Assembly (NCBI GenBank): GCA_037447605.1
Contig: CM074822.1
Span: 705,492-769,491 of the forward strand
From: Zygnema circumcarinatum SAG 698-1b
Taxonomy: Eukaryota; Plantae; Zygnematophyceae
DNA: 64,000 bases
Reading direction: 5' to 3'
The notes below the pieces were generated by a model. The model was not told where the DNA came from. It saw nothing but the letters and a program-made list of their open reading frames with translations, and did no database searches. The translations under genes were made by a program, and so were the position numbers. Positions 27,295 through 40,499 of this stretch are shown piece by piece; position 1 is the stretch's first letter; every line of letters begins with the position of its first letter.

Positions 27295-30200
27295 TCACAA
27301 CTTACGAATTTTTTTGTACAGTTCCATGAGCTCGGTCAACTGTGATGATGCCACACCCCCTATGCTCCCAAGGTCAGGCTTTGACGGCCTCGGCAATGCA
27401 AACAAAACGAAGTTAACGTCGCTCTCCACGTTTGACTCGTACACTTCTGCATACAAAGTCTTCAATCTGTAAACAAATTCGGAGTACTCTTCCTTTGCGT
27501 GTGGGACCACATTGATGGCGAGAAGGCCGTCGGGATGAAGGGCCAGTCGGGATGCAAGCAAAAACTTGGGGTTCAGAAACTCTGGCGGAGGGGCACTGAG
27601 GTTTAAGCGCCCGTCTGAAGCGTCGACATCTATTACCAAGAAATGAACCCGGGGATCTTCACTATCCTTATTGGAATCTGCAAAGTCAATGCCACCTCTC
27701 CCTCCAGTCCTCGTTTCTCTCCCACACCGTGAGATGCTTTGGCCTTCTCTCCCACTGGTAGCCCGCTCTCCTCCACCGTCCCTCGTTTGGGGCAGTATGG
27801 GAAGGGTTTCAGCATCCATAGTTTCTACCTTTCCTGGCTGTAAATCTGAAGTCGGAGATGCTCCTGCTTGCTGCTTATGTCTGAGTGAAGGAGAAGGGCT
27901 GTTGAGCGACTGCCTCGTACCTCCTTCATATGCAGTCAACTCCCTTACAGTATCTCCTCCTTCACCATTTCTCTCCCAGTGCTCTTCCGGGCACTGAATA
28001 TTCTGAGTTTTCTTTAGAGACTCATCATCAACATCATCAGAGTCCTCACTTGATGGTGAAGTGGACTCGGCCGCCTCCCTTTCCTGCGATTCTGTGCTTC
28101 CTGAACAAGAAGTTCGCGAGTTTGAGGAATCTGAATCACCTGTGTATGAGTGGGACATAGAGCGGTTCGACATACTCGTTCCGGTAGAACAGCCATCCCC
28201 ACTTGACGATAACACAACTGATTTCCCATCGCCGGCCTCTTCTGCAATGACTGCAATATCCCTCCATAACTCCATCAACTTGGATTCACCCAGGCTCATA
28301 TCAACAACCTCATCCGCCAAAGATGTCATGAAATCAGTTGCATCACCGATGTGGATGGCGAGCCGCTTATCCACCACAAGACCAAAATGGCGCTTTGCAA
28401 GTTCCACTACGACTCTGTCTAACTCCACCACCTGAAACAGTGATATGAGTCAGTGCTTGCTTTCTCAACCTAGTTGAAGTTATTCCAACACCTTTGCTAT
28501 ACCGTTTTCTGGGGGGATGGTTTTAGGATCAGTAACGACGATAGATATAAGATACCAAACCTGTGACAGATTTGTGAGACGATGCATGATGCGGAAACAC
28601 TCCCTGGCAGATGGCTTGAAAATTTCCATGTAATCGCAGACTTGGTTTAATCGTTCAGTACACGAGGAAGCACACAGCTAAATGCGATGTGTAAGGCTCA
28701 GGATGATGTGTGACTAGAAGGTATATATTTGCTTACCTGGATATGAAAGGGAAAGTGATGGTATAAGAAGATAGGCAAAGTGCACGCTCCGCCTCCAACA
28801 ATGAGAACTCGTATCATCAAACCATCCTTTGAAGCAGCGGCTATCGCTTGGCCAATGAGAGGCAATCCAGCGACAATTGGAGAAAGGTATTTATGCACAA
28901 GCTGAGAGTAGTCCGGTTGCTTTCTTGAATTTTCAAGCAATAGCTTGTGCTCCGTGTGGTTATTGATAGTGCTTGAGAAGAGAATGTGTCGCTCTGATGG
29001 CTGAACGCCACGTGTTTCCGACTGCTTTACAAGCGATTGATAATTTTGATCTACAAACAACTCTGTAGTTTCAAGTGGAGGAGAAATTTCAGGATCACTG
29101 AGCCGAAATGCATCCATGAGTGCAGATTTAGGATCTAAAGGCAAACCCGAACCTTCAGCTGCTTTTGTTCCCTTCTTTCGTTCGCGAAAAGGAAAGGAAT
29201 CTCCATTTTGACGTTGCCTTTTAGTTCCTGAAATGTTTGACAATACGCCAAAGTCTGTTACTGCCGCATAGCTATTGATTTCTGAATGTAAGACGTCTGG
29301 TTCACCAGGATTCTCCAGACACTTTGCCTGTTGGGCATGTGGTTCAAACCCTAACTTTGAGGTTTCAACACAAACAGATTTCTCATTGACACCATTCGAC
29401 CCTTTGAATGGATGATGGGAGTTGTCTGACATCTGAGGCTGCTCCTGAGAGGCAGACTTGCTGCTCTCCTGCACAAAACTGAATGCAAGTGGGACTTCGG
29501 ACTGTATAAGGTTAGGCATCCGCTTGAAGCGCAGCCGCCGACGAAAAACCGTCTGCCTCGCTCCGGTTCGCGCATGAACTTTAGTGTCCATAATTTGAAG
29601 CATGGCCTCATTATCTCTGCTCAAAAGAGCTGTGCAGGTTTCATTGAAATCCTCCATTGGCGTCAGTTGCTGCACGGCAACCCTTTTCTCGTCAAGAATG
29701 TATAATTCATTCAACTTCCCTCCCGCCTTCTCATCTCTTTCTCCCGTCTTCTCCTCCCCAGGACGACTTCTCTCTCCCTCCCACATGCTTGATTCACTCA
29801 TCCTCCCTCCCTCGCCTCTTTCTCCCGCCTTCGCCTCCCCCCCCGGACAACCATCTTCCTGCTCCTGCTCCCGCTCCTCCTCTACTTTTCCCTCCCAGAT
29901 GCTTGATTCACTCGTCTTCCCTCCGCCTTCTCCCACCTTCTTCTCCCCATGAAGCTTCCTCTCTCCCCCCTCCTGCTCCTCTCTCTCCTCTCTCTCCTCT
30001 CTCTCCTCTCCCTCCTCCTGCTCCTCTCTCTCCTCTCCCTCCTCTCCCTCCCACACATCCAGCTCAACGTCTTCCACCACCATGAGCCCCGTGATCGGTG
30101 ACCAGACCTCCTCCACAATCACTCGCCTCACCACATTGTCAGAGAACGCAACAAAGGGCACCGACTGCCCGCTTTCAAAGCAGACCCGAGGCGCGAGAGC

Positions 30201-30560
30201 GAGCACAAGCGCCCGCACCTCGCTCTGCAGGATGGCAGCCCTCTCCCCCTCCTGCTTGCAACCAGAAACAGGGGCCGCTTCAGACATTACGATTTCCCTT
30301 GCCAACAGAAGGAGACGCGCCACTTGGCAGCATGCAAGGAGCTGCCATTGCCCTCCCCGCGAGGCGTACAGCCAGTCGGCCTCCGCACCAAGAGGGACGA
30401 TAATCGCGGCGCAGGGCCGCAGCCATGGCCGGCCTGCAGGAGCATCGAGCACAGTGACTCGGAGGGGCGGGCCAGGAGGAGAGGGAGCGTAGGAGAAGGA
30501 GCGGCGCCGGCCCTTGCAGAGCTCGGCGAAGGCGTCGGAGGAGGAAGGGGAGACCGCCAT
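27295..30560 (-). CDS. SAM-dependent methyltransferase, METTL13 C-terminal/spermidine-synthase-like plant family, 2 exons
   Basis: Exons 30560-28737 and 28431-27295. N-terminal LRVTVLD..CAAIIVP..EADWLYAS..GQWQLL; RRRLRFKRMPNLIQSEV; YLSPIVAGL; SAM loop VLIVGGGACTLP; VVELD; IHIGDA; DVDASD...SAPP.EF; GLLAINV. Confidence 0.9.
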
Positions 30561-30708
30561 GGCGGCTGCTCTGCAGCAGTAGCTCCGGCTCCGCCTCCTT
30601 TGAAGGAGGCCATGGCCGCCAAGGCGGAGGGGCGCCTGCTCCGGTGGGCTTTCAGCTGACGATATCCGATATATCGCGATACATGATATATTGTGAAACA
30701 TCGTCACA

Positions 30709-31964
30709 CCCTACTACCAATAGGTTTGAACATTTTTCTTTTGGAGAATGCTACTGCACCCCCCTATTTTGGTTATTACACCTCCCTTCTTGAAAAATTT
30801 GCCTGCCCATTTTGGTTATCCCACCCCCTGTTTTGGATATTTCACCCCCTATTCTGGATATCCCACCGCCCTGGTTTTTCCTTGTCATTACTGACTTCCA
30901 ACATTGTGCAACAAAAGAAAAGGAGATTTGCATTGATCTCAAGATTTTGTTGTTTTTTGTCGCTGTGCCTGCCGATCTTGATGTGAACTCCTTCGTGCTT
31001 GTAGTGCTCGGTGATGACTTGTACGAGCTCAGCGGGTCTCATACTCAGTTGGTAGCATTTCTATGGATATTGCAAACCGAGAAGAGGAGGGGAGGGCAAG
31101 GGAGGGCAGGGCAGGGGAGGGGAGGGGAGGGGAGGGCAAAGATTCCCGCCCGAAGTATCCAAAACAGGGGGGGTATCCAAAATAAGGGGGTGAAATATCC
31201 AAAACAGGGGGTGGGATAACCAAAATGGGCGGGCAAAGTTTTCAAATAGGGGGTGGGATAACCACAATAGGGGGTGCAGTAGCATTCTCCCTTTTTTTTG
31301 GAATTGTTCAATGCTCAAATGAAAAAGAATTTATTTGAACTTTATTTGTTGGGAATTGTTCAATGTTCAAATGAAAAAAATTCAATTGAACTTTTTTTTG
31401 AAATTGATCAATGTTAAAATGAAATGGTTTCATTTGCACTTTTGAACACTCAAAATGAATAGTTTTTCAAATTGAACAGTATGAATCAAAATTCAATTAT
31501 TCAAAGTCTCAATCTATTCGGTTACACGTGCGGATTCCACTTTAAGCCACGTAGGATTCAAGCAACTTGAAGGAATTGTTTACCTCCGACCCAATTTTCG
31601 CCGTACGACTTTTTGGGGCAGATCAACGATTTCCGCACGGTACCGATACCGTACGGTAATGGAAACGAGCAAATTTTGAACGAGTTTGAACCTGGGTCCA
31701 CGCGCTTTGCGGTTTGGCAAACTCTCATTGTTGATCAGTGGATGCGAAGCAAATTGAAATTGAACACAACTGGTAGTTCAATGTTCAATGTTCAATTGGT
31801 TTTAATTTGGATTCACATTTCAAACAAAGACCGTTGTTAAAAACAAAAAAAAAAACAGAAACTTAAAGCGGATACAGGTTATTTTTTAAATACTGCTTCC
31901 GAATAGTTTTTTTGAACAGCCAAAATCTTTAATTGTTCAAAGTTCAAACCAATTGGTAGTAGGG
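30709..31964. mobile_element. Non-autonomous TIR element (MITE-like), about 150 bp upstream of the methyltransferase ATG
   Basis: 23-bp TIRs at 30709-30731 and 31942-31964 with 1 mismatch. A possible 4-bp TSD TCGT (30701-30704 and 31969-31972) applies if the ends extend by 4 nt. Confidence 0.75.
30743..31290. mobile_element. Inner foldback/MULE-like MITE nested in the outer TIR element
   Basis: About 120-bp inverted arms (30743-30862 vs 31172-31290) built of GGATAT/GGTTAT-CCCACCCC subrepeats; GG...CC termini in T-rich flanks. Confidence 0.75.
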
Positions 31965-32164
31965 GTAGTCGTCATCGATATACTTCGATATATGTCGATA
32001 TACCTCGATATATATGTGCCATATCTCCCAAATGCCTCGCCTGCCTTTTAAAGACAAGTCCATTTCAGTTTATTTCAGATTTTGTGAGTCTCGTTGCTAA
32101 TTGCAACTATGGCCAAGGAGAAATTTGCAATTGACCAAATGCCATGCATAGTAGCATGCTACTA

Positions 32165-32167
32165 TCC

Positions 32168-32219
<52 letters not shown>

Positions 32220-32222
32220 CCA
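32165..32222. repeat. (CCCATG)n hexamer repeat
   Basis: About 9-10 copies. Confidence 0.95.
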
Positions 32223-33088
32223 CATGTGCCAATTTGCCATGCCATGCCATACAGGTTTGCACAGGTTCCAATGAACAGGGCTTTACCGAAGCCCTGTCTC
32301 AAGCCCATCATCTCCCACCCACAGACAAAAGCCCCCCTTAAAACACTCGAAACTCAACTTCAAAACTGCCAAGCGCCAACAGCATCAGCCCATGAAACCA
32401 ATTCACTCTTTTAAACAGCTGATTTGGGCTTCTGAGCACAAAATTTGCACTGAGAGTACTCGTTACAGTGGAGTAGAATGCAGTCAGTCACCTTTGAAAT
32501 TGGGAGCACTAATGGCAGAGGATACGCTATGCACAAAATGGCAATCAGGGGGCGTCATTGCCAGACCTTATTTCTACAAAATTTAAAAAGCTTAAGAAAA
32601 ATATAAAGTAAATAAAAACATCTAACACGGGGCACTTCGGACTCCTCCCACCTATTCCAGCTCTTCCTCTCTCACCGGTCTAAAGAAGATAAAATATTGA
32701 TGAGAATGATTGCATATAACGACCTATGTAAGAAATCAAAAATAGTGCAGTAAGTGCAGAAACGGACGCGAGTAAGAATTAAGGAAGAATAAATACTCTT
32801 TGCCGTAAATCAGCAATTTCCCAAATTGCTCATTTACAGCCCCTCAAAATTGTTTAGCGACAGGCCCTGCATGAAAAAAAGCACAGGTGTCTGTTAGATA
32901 GCTTCAAACTAGCAACAGTTAAAGAGTGAATGCTGCTACAAAATTTAGGATTTGAACTTAAACAAACGGCCTAGGGCTGCAAATAAAAAAAAATATGGTT
33001 TCATGAAGGTGAAGCTAGGTTTACAGTTGGAAACAAGAAATAGAGCTGATAGAAAGGTACAAGGCCGGGGTTCTCGTTAGAAAGATGA

Positions 33089-33388
33089 GGTTCGGGTTAA
33101 GGTTTAAATTAACGTTAGGGATAGGAAGAGGGTTAGGGTTAGGGTTAGGGTTAGGGTTAGGGTTAGGACTAGGGTAAGGGTTAGAATAAAGCTTATGATT
33201 AGGATAAGGATTAGACTAAGAGTTAGGGTTACGGTTAGGGTTAGGGTTAGGATAAGAATCATGGTCAGGATTAGGAATTAGGGGAAGAGTTAGAGATAGG
33301 ATTATGATTAGGATCAGGATAAGGGTAAAAGTTAGCGATAAGGTTAGGGTTAGGGTTAGGGTCAGCGTCAGAACTAGGGTAAGGTTCA
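33089..33388 (+). repeat. Degenerate interstitial telomere-like (GGTTAG)n array
   Basis: About 50 hexamers roughly in register, with (GGTTAG)6 from 33131 and variants GATTAG, GGTAAG, GATAAG. Confidence 0.8.
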
Positions 33389-33666
33389 GGTTGCCTGAAT
33401 ATCTCGAGCTGAGGAGCTTACAATGAAAGCCGCGCGGTCCTTCTCTTCGGCCTCTGTTCGCTCAGTACCTCGCAGCACCCGTGCAGACGGCCCTGCAATA
33501 GAAATCCGCCCGCCCATAAAAGCAGCAAAAAATAAGATAAAAGGTCCTTTTTCTCTTTTTAAAAATAAGAGAATGCCGGAGTCCCACCAGCATGCTTTAG
33601 AAGAACAACCGTTTTCGGTTTGCGCTCCGTCGCCGGGAACTGTGGCTTAGAACATGGAAACTGTCT

Positions 33667-36600
33667 CTACAGAGAGAATGAGGGAGACATATGTGAAGTC
33701 GCCCCCAGCGGAGGATCAAAAGGCAGCGCCCCCCAGGTCGTAGCAATGTTCAAGGGGGCCCGTTTTGAGTCACGATGCAAGCTGGCAGATGAATAGTCTA
33801 AATTTCTTTCTGAAGCTCGTATTGTGAAGGCCCCAAGGACCCACATGCATTTACCAATAAGAAGCCGGACATCGAATCTATCAGAAGTTTTTCTGCAGTC
33901 CCATGAAGAATGTTTGAGGGAAATTGTGACATGCTTAGGCTCCAAAGCGAAGTAACTTACTTGCGAATACCGAACATGCGAATGTCGAAACTGAACTGTG
34001 CTGATCTTCCATTGGTGACGTGGATTTCCGCCGCAAACGTGTTGGTGCCCTCCTGCAGGAGGAGGGAGCGGTCGGCTCCCGGAACGGCGAGAGTGGTGTT
34101 CGACCACAGCTTCCAGGTGCCCGGTGCGGAAGCCTGCGCAGCCAATGAGAGGACAGGGATTTAGGGTTGGTGGGGCGACGATAGGACGGGCTTTACAAAG
34201 GAGGATGTTTCCAGAGTTGTAGATATCCTCTTCAAGCTGACTGCCTCATTCAAAGCAGCAGCTTAGGTCAAAATGCAGTCTACTATAGCCGGAGAGCATC
34301 ATATGAGGAGGCAAGGTAGACACAGACATCACAGACTGAGGATTCATTATTAAGTAATTCATTTCTCACTTGGGAAAGGAAATCGCTGCAAGGTCGTATT
34401 CATAAACAGCAGGGATAGACCAGTGGCTGCACCCCCACCTAAAGAACCGATTGTTTTCCCTCCAATCACTAGTGAAGCAAACGAGTGCTCACCCCCGTCC
34501 TGAAGTTGACTGGTCCGGTCGGCATGTTGAAGCGGTAGAACTCGTTGCCGTTGAGGTAGAGGACCCCCCCGTCTTTGGCGAAGAGCTGCAGGTACAGCGC
34601 CGAGAAGCAGGCGGTGTCCGCGAGCGCGAACGTCTTCCGGAAATAGTACGTGATGAGAGTGGGCGAGGGCTTGGGCAGAACGTAGAACCCCACAGCCACT
34701 GCCAACCCAAAGGGAGGGAAGGGGAAAAGGGGGTTTAGGGCAAAGAAGGCAAATCATCAACTTATTATTTCCACGGGTTTACGGTTTGCTTTTTTCTTGA
34801 AGAAGGCAAATGTTTACATGAAGAATAGGAAAGCTCAGATGCGATGGGTTGCGAACGCTGGGGCTCATTGATAAAGGGGGGGGACAAAGGAGGACAGTCT
34901 TGAGAATTAAGTGGCAGCAGCTTCAATGAAATAGCAGAATTTTCCTCAAATGGGTTTCGTGCTTATGAAGGTTTGAAGGCTTTGGCGTTACCATTGTTGT
35001 AGCCATATGGTGGGATGCCGGTCATATTGAAAGTCGATGTGGAAGCGTTGGGGAGGTAGAAATTTGGACGCCTTTCGAGACCCGATGCATCCCAGAGCCA
35101 ATTGGGTTCTCCGTCCCACATCATGCTGCATCGTCTGTTCATTTGAACCCAACAAAAACGAAAAACAAAAGCAAAAAGGCATTAGGCTTATTGTGGGCTT
35201 GCGGAGACCAGCCCCAAATGTACACCCACTAGGCATACAGAGCTGTCGTTCAGGTTAGTTCGACTGATTGATGCATTTCAGGAATACAGTGAGGTGTGCG
35301 TTCGAGATGCCAAATCCTTCCCTTAGAGGTTCAAATTGGGCTCTTTATCGGTTTCCACAAGTTTCAAGAGCATATTGTTGGAGCGAGGAGAACGTGTCAA
35401 ACTCACATTTGTGCTGGGCACGCTTGGGAGAACGTCTTTGCAAGAAGAGTGACTTTCTGGTCGAAGAACGGCGGCAGCAGCACCTCCATGTACGCCTTTT
35501 GGCTCACACATGTGAAGCCAAACTGTGCCAAATCGACGTCTACAGGACGGGGGGTGCCTCCGTTGCACATGCTGGAGATTTATTTCACATAGGCAAACGA
35601 CAGAGTAGTAAGAGTAATGAATAGAAAGAGCAAAAAAAGCATGTTGTTGTTGGCAACACTGATTGGAGTTGAAAAATACGAGAAGGATTGTTCTGACGAT
35701 TGCGTCAAGGGACGGAGAGCAAGAAAGGGAAGGGAGAGGGAGGTAAGGAAGAAAGGGAGAGAGAAGGGCTAAGTAGGTGAATTCAAGGTGTATTTTAGGT
35801 GTATTCAACCATGATTACAAACTCCAGGCTGGTTAAGCTTTGCAACATGTATAGACAATAAATATATATATAAACATATATGTATGTACGTGCTTAGAAG
35901 GGCTTACCGCCAGAATCCTGTGAGAGCATCCTCATCGGCGAAGTACTGCATTGTGGTGACCGGGGGAGGCTGGAAGCGGACAGAGATGGAGGTGTTGCAG
36001 GAGTTGACATCGTCCAAGTAGGAGACTTTGAGGAGGGTGGGGAAGAAGGTGGGCTTGTTCAAGGGGGTGACTATGGCGGCGGTGTACGTGTACCCTGCGA
36101 GCAGGTTGAGCGTGTAGATGCGTTCGGCCACAGAGCCGCTGTTGCGCGGGTCGTTCAGGTTGCCCACACTCTCGACCGTTTTTCCGTCAACCACACGTGT
36201 CACCCTCAGGTAGCTGCAGGCAGCGAGAGAGGGCAGAAAGAAGGAAGCAGACGAATGGGTGAGGATATTCACTCTCTCACATTTGGGGACGAGCAATTTG
36301 GCGAAAACTGGGAGGAGGGGAGTTTGTTTTCAGAGGGTTTTTTGTGGGATTTGGGGAACAAAGCCGCACCTGTAGTTAGCCTTCTGGTTTAGATCGGGGT
36401 TGCTTTTCTCAAAGCCCGGCTCAAGATAGAAGATTCTCACAGCGCGGTAGCATGTGCCCGGACAAAGGTAGGCGTTGGACTTAGCGACGAACGTGCACGG
36501 ATTGTCGCCGGGAGGGAGAAGGTTAGGGTTGTTTGCAACAATGGAGCCGGGGCTACCAACAATGCTTCCATCAAGGTCTTGAATAACGTATCTATCCGAA

Positions 36601-39600
36601 ACTTCGCCCGTATCTTGACTATCGTTGGTTGGCTGCACACAAGACAGCGAACCTTGACGAAGGCATTAGGACAAAGCAATCGTGCATCTTGCTGAAGTCT
36701 TCCTCCCAAGTGCAGTTGCAGAGCTTCATATGGTCATGTTTCTCACCAGGAAGAATGCGATCTGAGGGGCAAACCAGACTGGATTGCTGTCGAAAAACTT
36801 CAATCCCTGCAGTGCAGAACAGAGTGTATACAAGGATTCAGCTAAACGCTTGCAACACCAACAAGGGTAGACTGCCGTAAGTTGGTGTGATAAGAAGTTA
36901 CACTTTGATAAGTCCTTACACTTTGCAATGCTCTTAAGTGCTTCAGTACATAGCTTGCGATTCGATGGTGATGCGACGGCAGCTATTTCCTTTTGTGGGG
37001 TGTCAGCAGGTGCTTGCTATGGTGAAGCCTTTTCTTGAGAAATAGAAGCCGAGTAATTACCTGAGGTCTATCCATCTGTTTACGGAGAAGGTAAGCTAAA
37101 TGCGCAAAATTGGCAAAGGCGGAACCACTCACGCTTATGTTGAAGTGCGGGTTGAAGGATTGTCCGAGCACAAGGTTTGCTGAGGTTGTGATGAATGCAG
37201 CTGTTGTTCCCGGCTTGCTGCACTCGTAATTGAATCCGGAGAAGCTGCATTTGATAGCAAGAGGCAAACGTCAGAAAGCAAAAGGACTGAAGCATTCTCT
37301 GACGTACGAACATCCTCGGACAGGAAAAACCCGTTAGAGAAGGGGCAAAAAATGACTGACTGTTTCAGGACGGCGTGCAAGACCCTGACTTACTTGGATG
37401 ATATGACCCGGTTGGGACCGGTGAGAGCATTCGCTTTCCTCTCCTGACTTATTGCAACTCCCGAGTATATGTCGGTAATGAATCCGCCGTGAGTGCGTCC
37501 CTGAGTGCCCACTGGCAATGGCATTCTGCAAGAGATGACCATTCAGATGCGAAGTCAAGTCAGTCATCAGAATATACGGATTTGAATGTTCGGAAACTGA
37601 ATGTCAAATGGGTCGAAATTACTTACTGGCATCCAGAGATCGGGCCGCAGGTTGTGTACCATCCACGTTTATCGGTGACAGAACATCCTGTGGGAGTTCC
37701 GTAGTTTGCAGTTCGACCGATAAATCTCGAGTTTTTAATAGTCACTGAAGCGGACTCGAGTAGCCAAGCTCCCATTTGGTTGTCAGCGAAGGTCCCGGAG
37801 AGTACAATAGAGCTTGTCAGATGGATGAACGCTCTGGAAACATATAAAACCAGTGTGAGAGCAATAAATGATGATGGAGAGAGAGTGAGGGAGAGGGTAG
37901 AGGGGAGAGGAGCAGGGCGGTTGGAGGAGGGACTGAGGGGGTTGAGAGAGCAGGGAAGAGGGAGAGAGTGATACAAGGAGTGTTTTACAGAAGTGACGTT
38001 TAAACAATCTGCTGCGAGCACTCACCCATAGTTACTATGCTTATAGATAAGCATGTCCTTGAAATGGCTGCCTTCACTCTGGTATCACAACACATCACAT
38101 CCATAGTCCACTGTTGTGTCAATTGCATTCAGGAGGCAGTGAAGTAATAAAAGGCAATTGCACATATCAGGATGGAACGAAGCAACACAGAGAAGAGTTC
38201 TTCGTTCCGCAGAGAGTGTGCTTACCGTCCCTGAAGGTTTAGGCGGTTTGTATCCGTTCGGATAAGTCTTGAGTCCCGTTTCATGGCAGGAATGCGCCAC
38301 ATTGCTTACAAATTCAAGAAGTGGTGTGGATGATGGCCTTATATTGGCCAATTCCGGGACGTCCAGACTGATCCCCCTCACTGACGTTATCGCTTCCAGC
38401 CAAAAGCTGTAAACAGGGAGAAAAAGGACAAGAATATCAAGAAAGAAAGAGCTGTCAGAATTTCATAAGAGCAAAATACTGTGACTACGCTCCTTCATCG
38501 AAAAATTCGATGCTACAATCGCCTCTCGTATTCTGGGGCATTGGGGAATGACTGCTGCACTCACCCTGAGTTGAGGGATCCGACGGCTCTGTTTCTTAGG
38601 AATCTGTTCGAAGGGGCACTGATCCAAAATGTGGCAGCTCTGCTGTCAGTGAAGCCAGGAATATTGAATACGACTGCAAAACAAGAAAAGAAATAGAATG
38701 GTAAGAATTCATGAGTGCTCGACCTTACGGGAAAATGGAACTTTTCTTAGTTTAGAGAGCTTGGATCGTTTGTTAACACTAGTTCAAGTTGCAATGAATG
38801 TGTGCTAGTTTTCAGTCATACTGAAATAGCATGCATCCTTTGAATGGACCGGGTTATCAATTAATTAATAGCTCCTTTGTAACGATATAGAGCTGAGGTG
38901 CAGGCGTAAAAATCATTTGCAGCAAATCGCCCACCTTGTGCGGAGCTGATACCAACGTTTTCCAAAAAGGTGTTGTTCTGTTCTCCTCCCTCCTCCAATG
39001 AGAAGCAGTGGCCAGAGCAATTAAACGCCACATTCCGTTCAACAACAACTTGATGTGTAGCGTGGATCACGATACACCGCTGGTAGAGCACAAAAAAGAA
39101 AGAAAAGCAAAACGAAGAAAATGAGTGCAGGGGGATGGGGGGAGGGAGGGAGGGAGAGTGAGTAAGGAGAGAGGGCCAGAGTGAAAGCGAGAGAGAGGGG
39201 TCGGCAGAGAGAGAGTGGGAGAGAGAGGCAGGGAGGGAGGGGGGAGGGTAGGGAGAGAGAGAGAGTGAGGAGGGAAGAGGGAAAGAGGAAGCCTGAGAAA
39301 CTGTTGATGACTTCGTATGGGAGACACACTCACTTGTTTGGCCTGGTTAATGGCATTCTTTCGAACCACTGATAGGGGACTTTTGGCAACCACGTGAAAG
39401 TGTATGCTGTAGCGTCCCAAAATGCCCTGCTGGCCCATCTTGTAGAACTCCACCCCCTCAATGTACTGCGGAATGGGGTCTNNNNNNNNNNNNNNNNNNN
39501 NNNNNNNNNNNNNNNNNNNNNNNNNNNNNNNNNNNNNNNNNNNNNNNNNNNNNNNNNNNNNNNNNNNNNNNNNNNNNNNNNCCCTGAAACTCTGAAAGCT

Positions 39601-40261
39601 TTACGACTGCAATTGCAGGACAGCTTTCGATGAACGTGTTGCATTGTACGTGGTGCCTGCAAAGTTCTATCCAGTTTCAGATTGAGACTGAGTGTTTGTG
39701 CGCACCTCAGGTAGCCCTTGACTTGCAGAATGGCGAGAGTGACGTTCGGCACGTCGAGCAGCACTGCCACGTCGCAGGGGATGGTCGCGTTCATGCCCAC
39801 TGCGGCGCCGATGCCGGGAACAACGCCGCCCGGCCACGTGGCAGGAGCGCTCCAGAGCTTGTACGCTGCACAGTGCCAGCAAACGAGGGAGACAGTGAGA
39901 GCAGGACAGGCACAACTGCTCCGACAGACGCCAAACCGAGATTTTCTGCTCAAACCGATTCCAGCAGTCGTTCTCCCTTCCACGCATCAGTTCAGCCTTC
40001 CGCCATGAACCTTTCAAATATCAAATCGGTGCAAACTCTGCTTCAAACAAAGGCAGCTCTCCCTCTTTCTGTGCAGCAATGCAGGCCGGGACAAGAAGCC
40101 TTACCGCCTTCTTCAGGGACAGTGCAAGGCGATATGAACACATCAAAGCCTCTGCCAGGCCCCGCAACACCCTGCACACTCGCCACGTGTCCTGCTAGCA
40201 GGAACGCTGCCAGCAGCACAGCCATGACGGAGCCTCTCTTGGAAGGTCCGCCCCGCTCCAT
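33667..40261 (-). CDS. G8-domain / TMEM2-CEMIP-fibrocystin-like secreted protein, copy A, with a C-terminal jelly-roll module; interrupted by an N gap
   Basis: Signal peptide (MAVLLAAFLLAGHVASVQG); G8 start WSAPATWPGGVVP..IPC.V.VLLDV..L.IL.VKGYL; EGVEFYKMGQQGILGRYSIHFH; RCIVIHATH.V.V..NVAFN..GHCF.LEEG.E..N; AATFWIS..N.F..N.AVGS; F..NVAHS; C-terminal ITYYFRKTF..KDGGVLYLNGNEFYRFNMP..EGTNTFAAEIH..FSFD. At least 17 visible exons. Confidence 0.88.
39482..39581. other. 100-N scaffold gap of unknown true size
   Basis: It interrupts the G8 domain of copy A. Confidence 0.95.
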
Positions 40262-40321
40262 TGCCAATGAGGCTGTTATACGTGTCAGCATACAATCACC
40301 ACCAGGGAATGCAATGCAAAT

Positions 40322-40358
<37 letters not shown>

Positions 40359-40471
40359 GAGAAAGAGAGTGAGTCAGAAGGAGCGAGAGATAGAGAGTGG
40401 GAGCGAGTGAGAGATGAGGGAGAGAGTGGGAGAGAGGGAGTGAGAGAACGAAAGGCTGCCTCTGGCGGCGC

Positions 40472-40499
40472 CTTTAAGTAGGGCGGCGGCCTCTGCTGG
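40472..40499 (-). promoter_or_regulatory. Core-promoter block shared by G8 copies A and B (GC-rich 18-mer plus TATA-like)
   Basis: CCAGCAGAGGCCGCCGCC followed by TACTTAAA in A and by CATAAATA in B (44599-44626). Confidence 0.5.
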
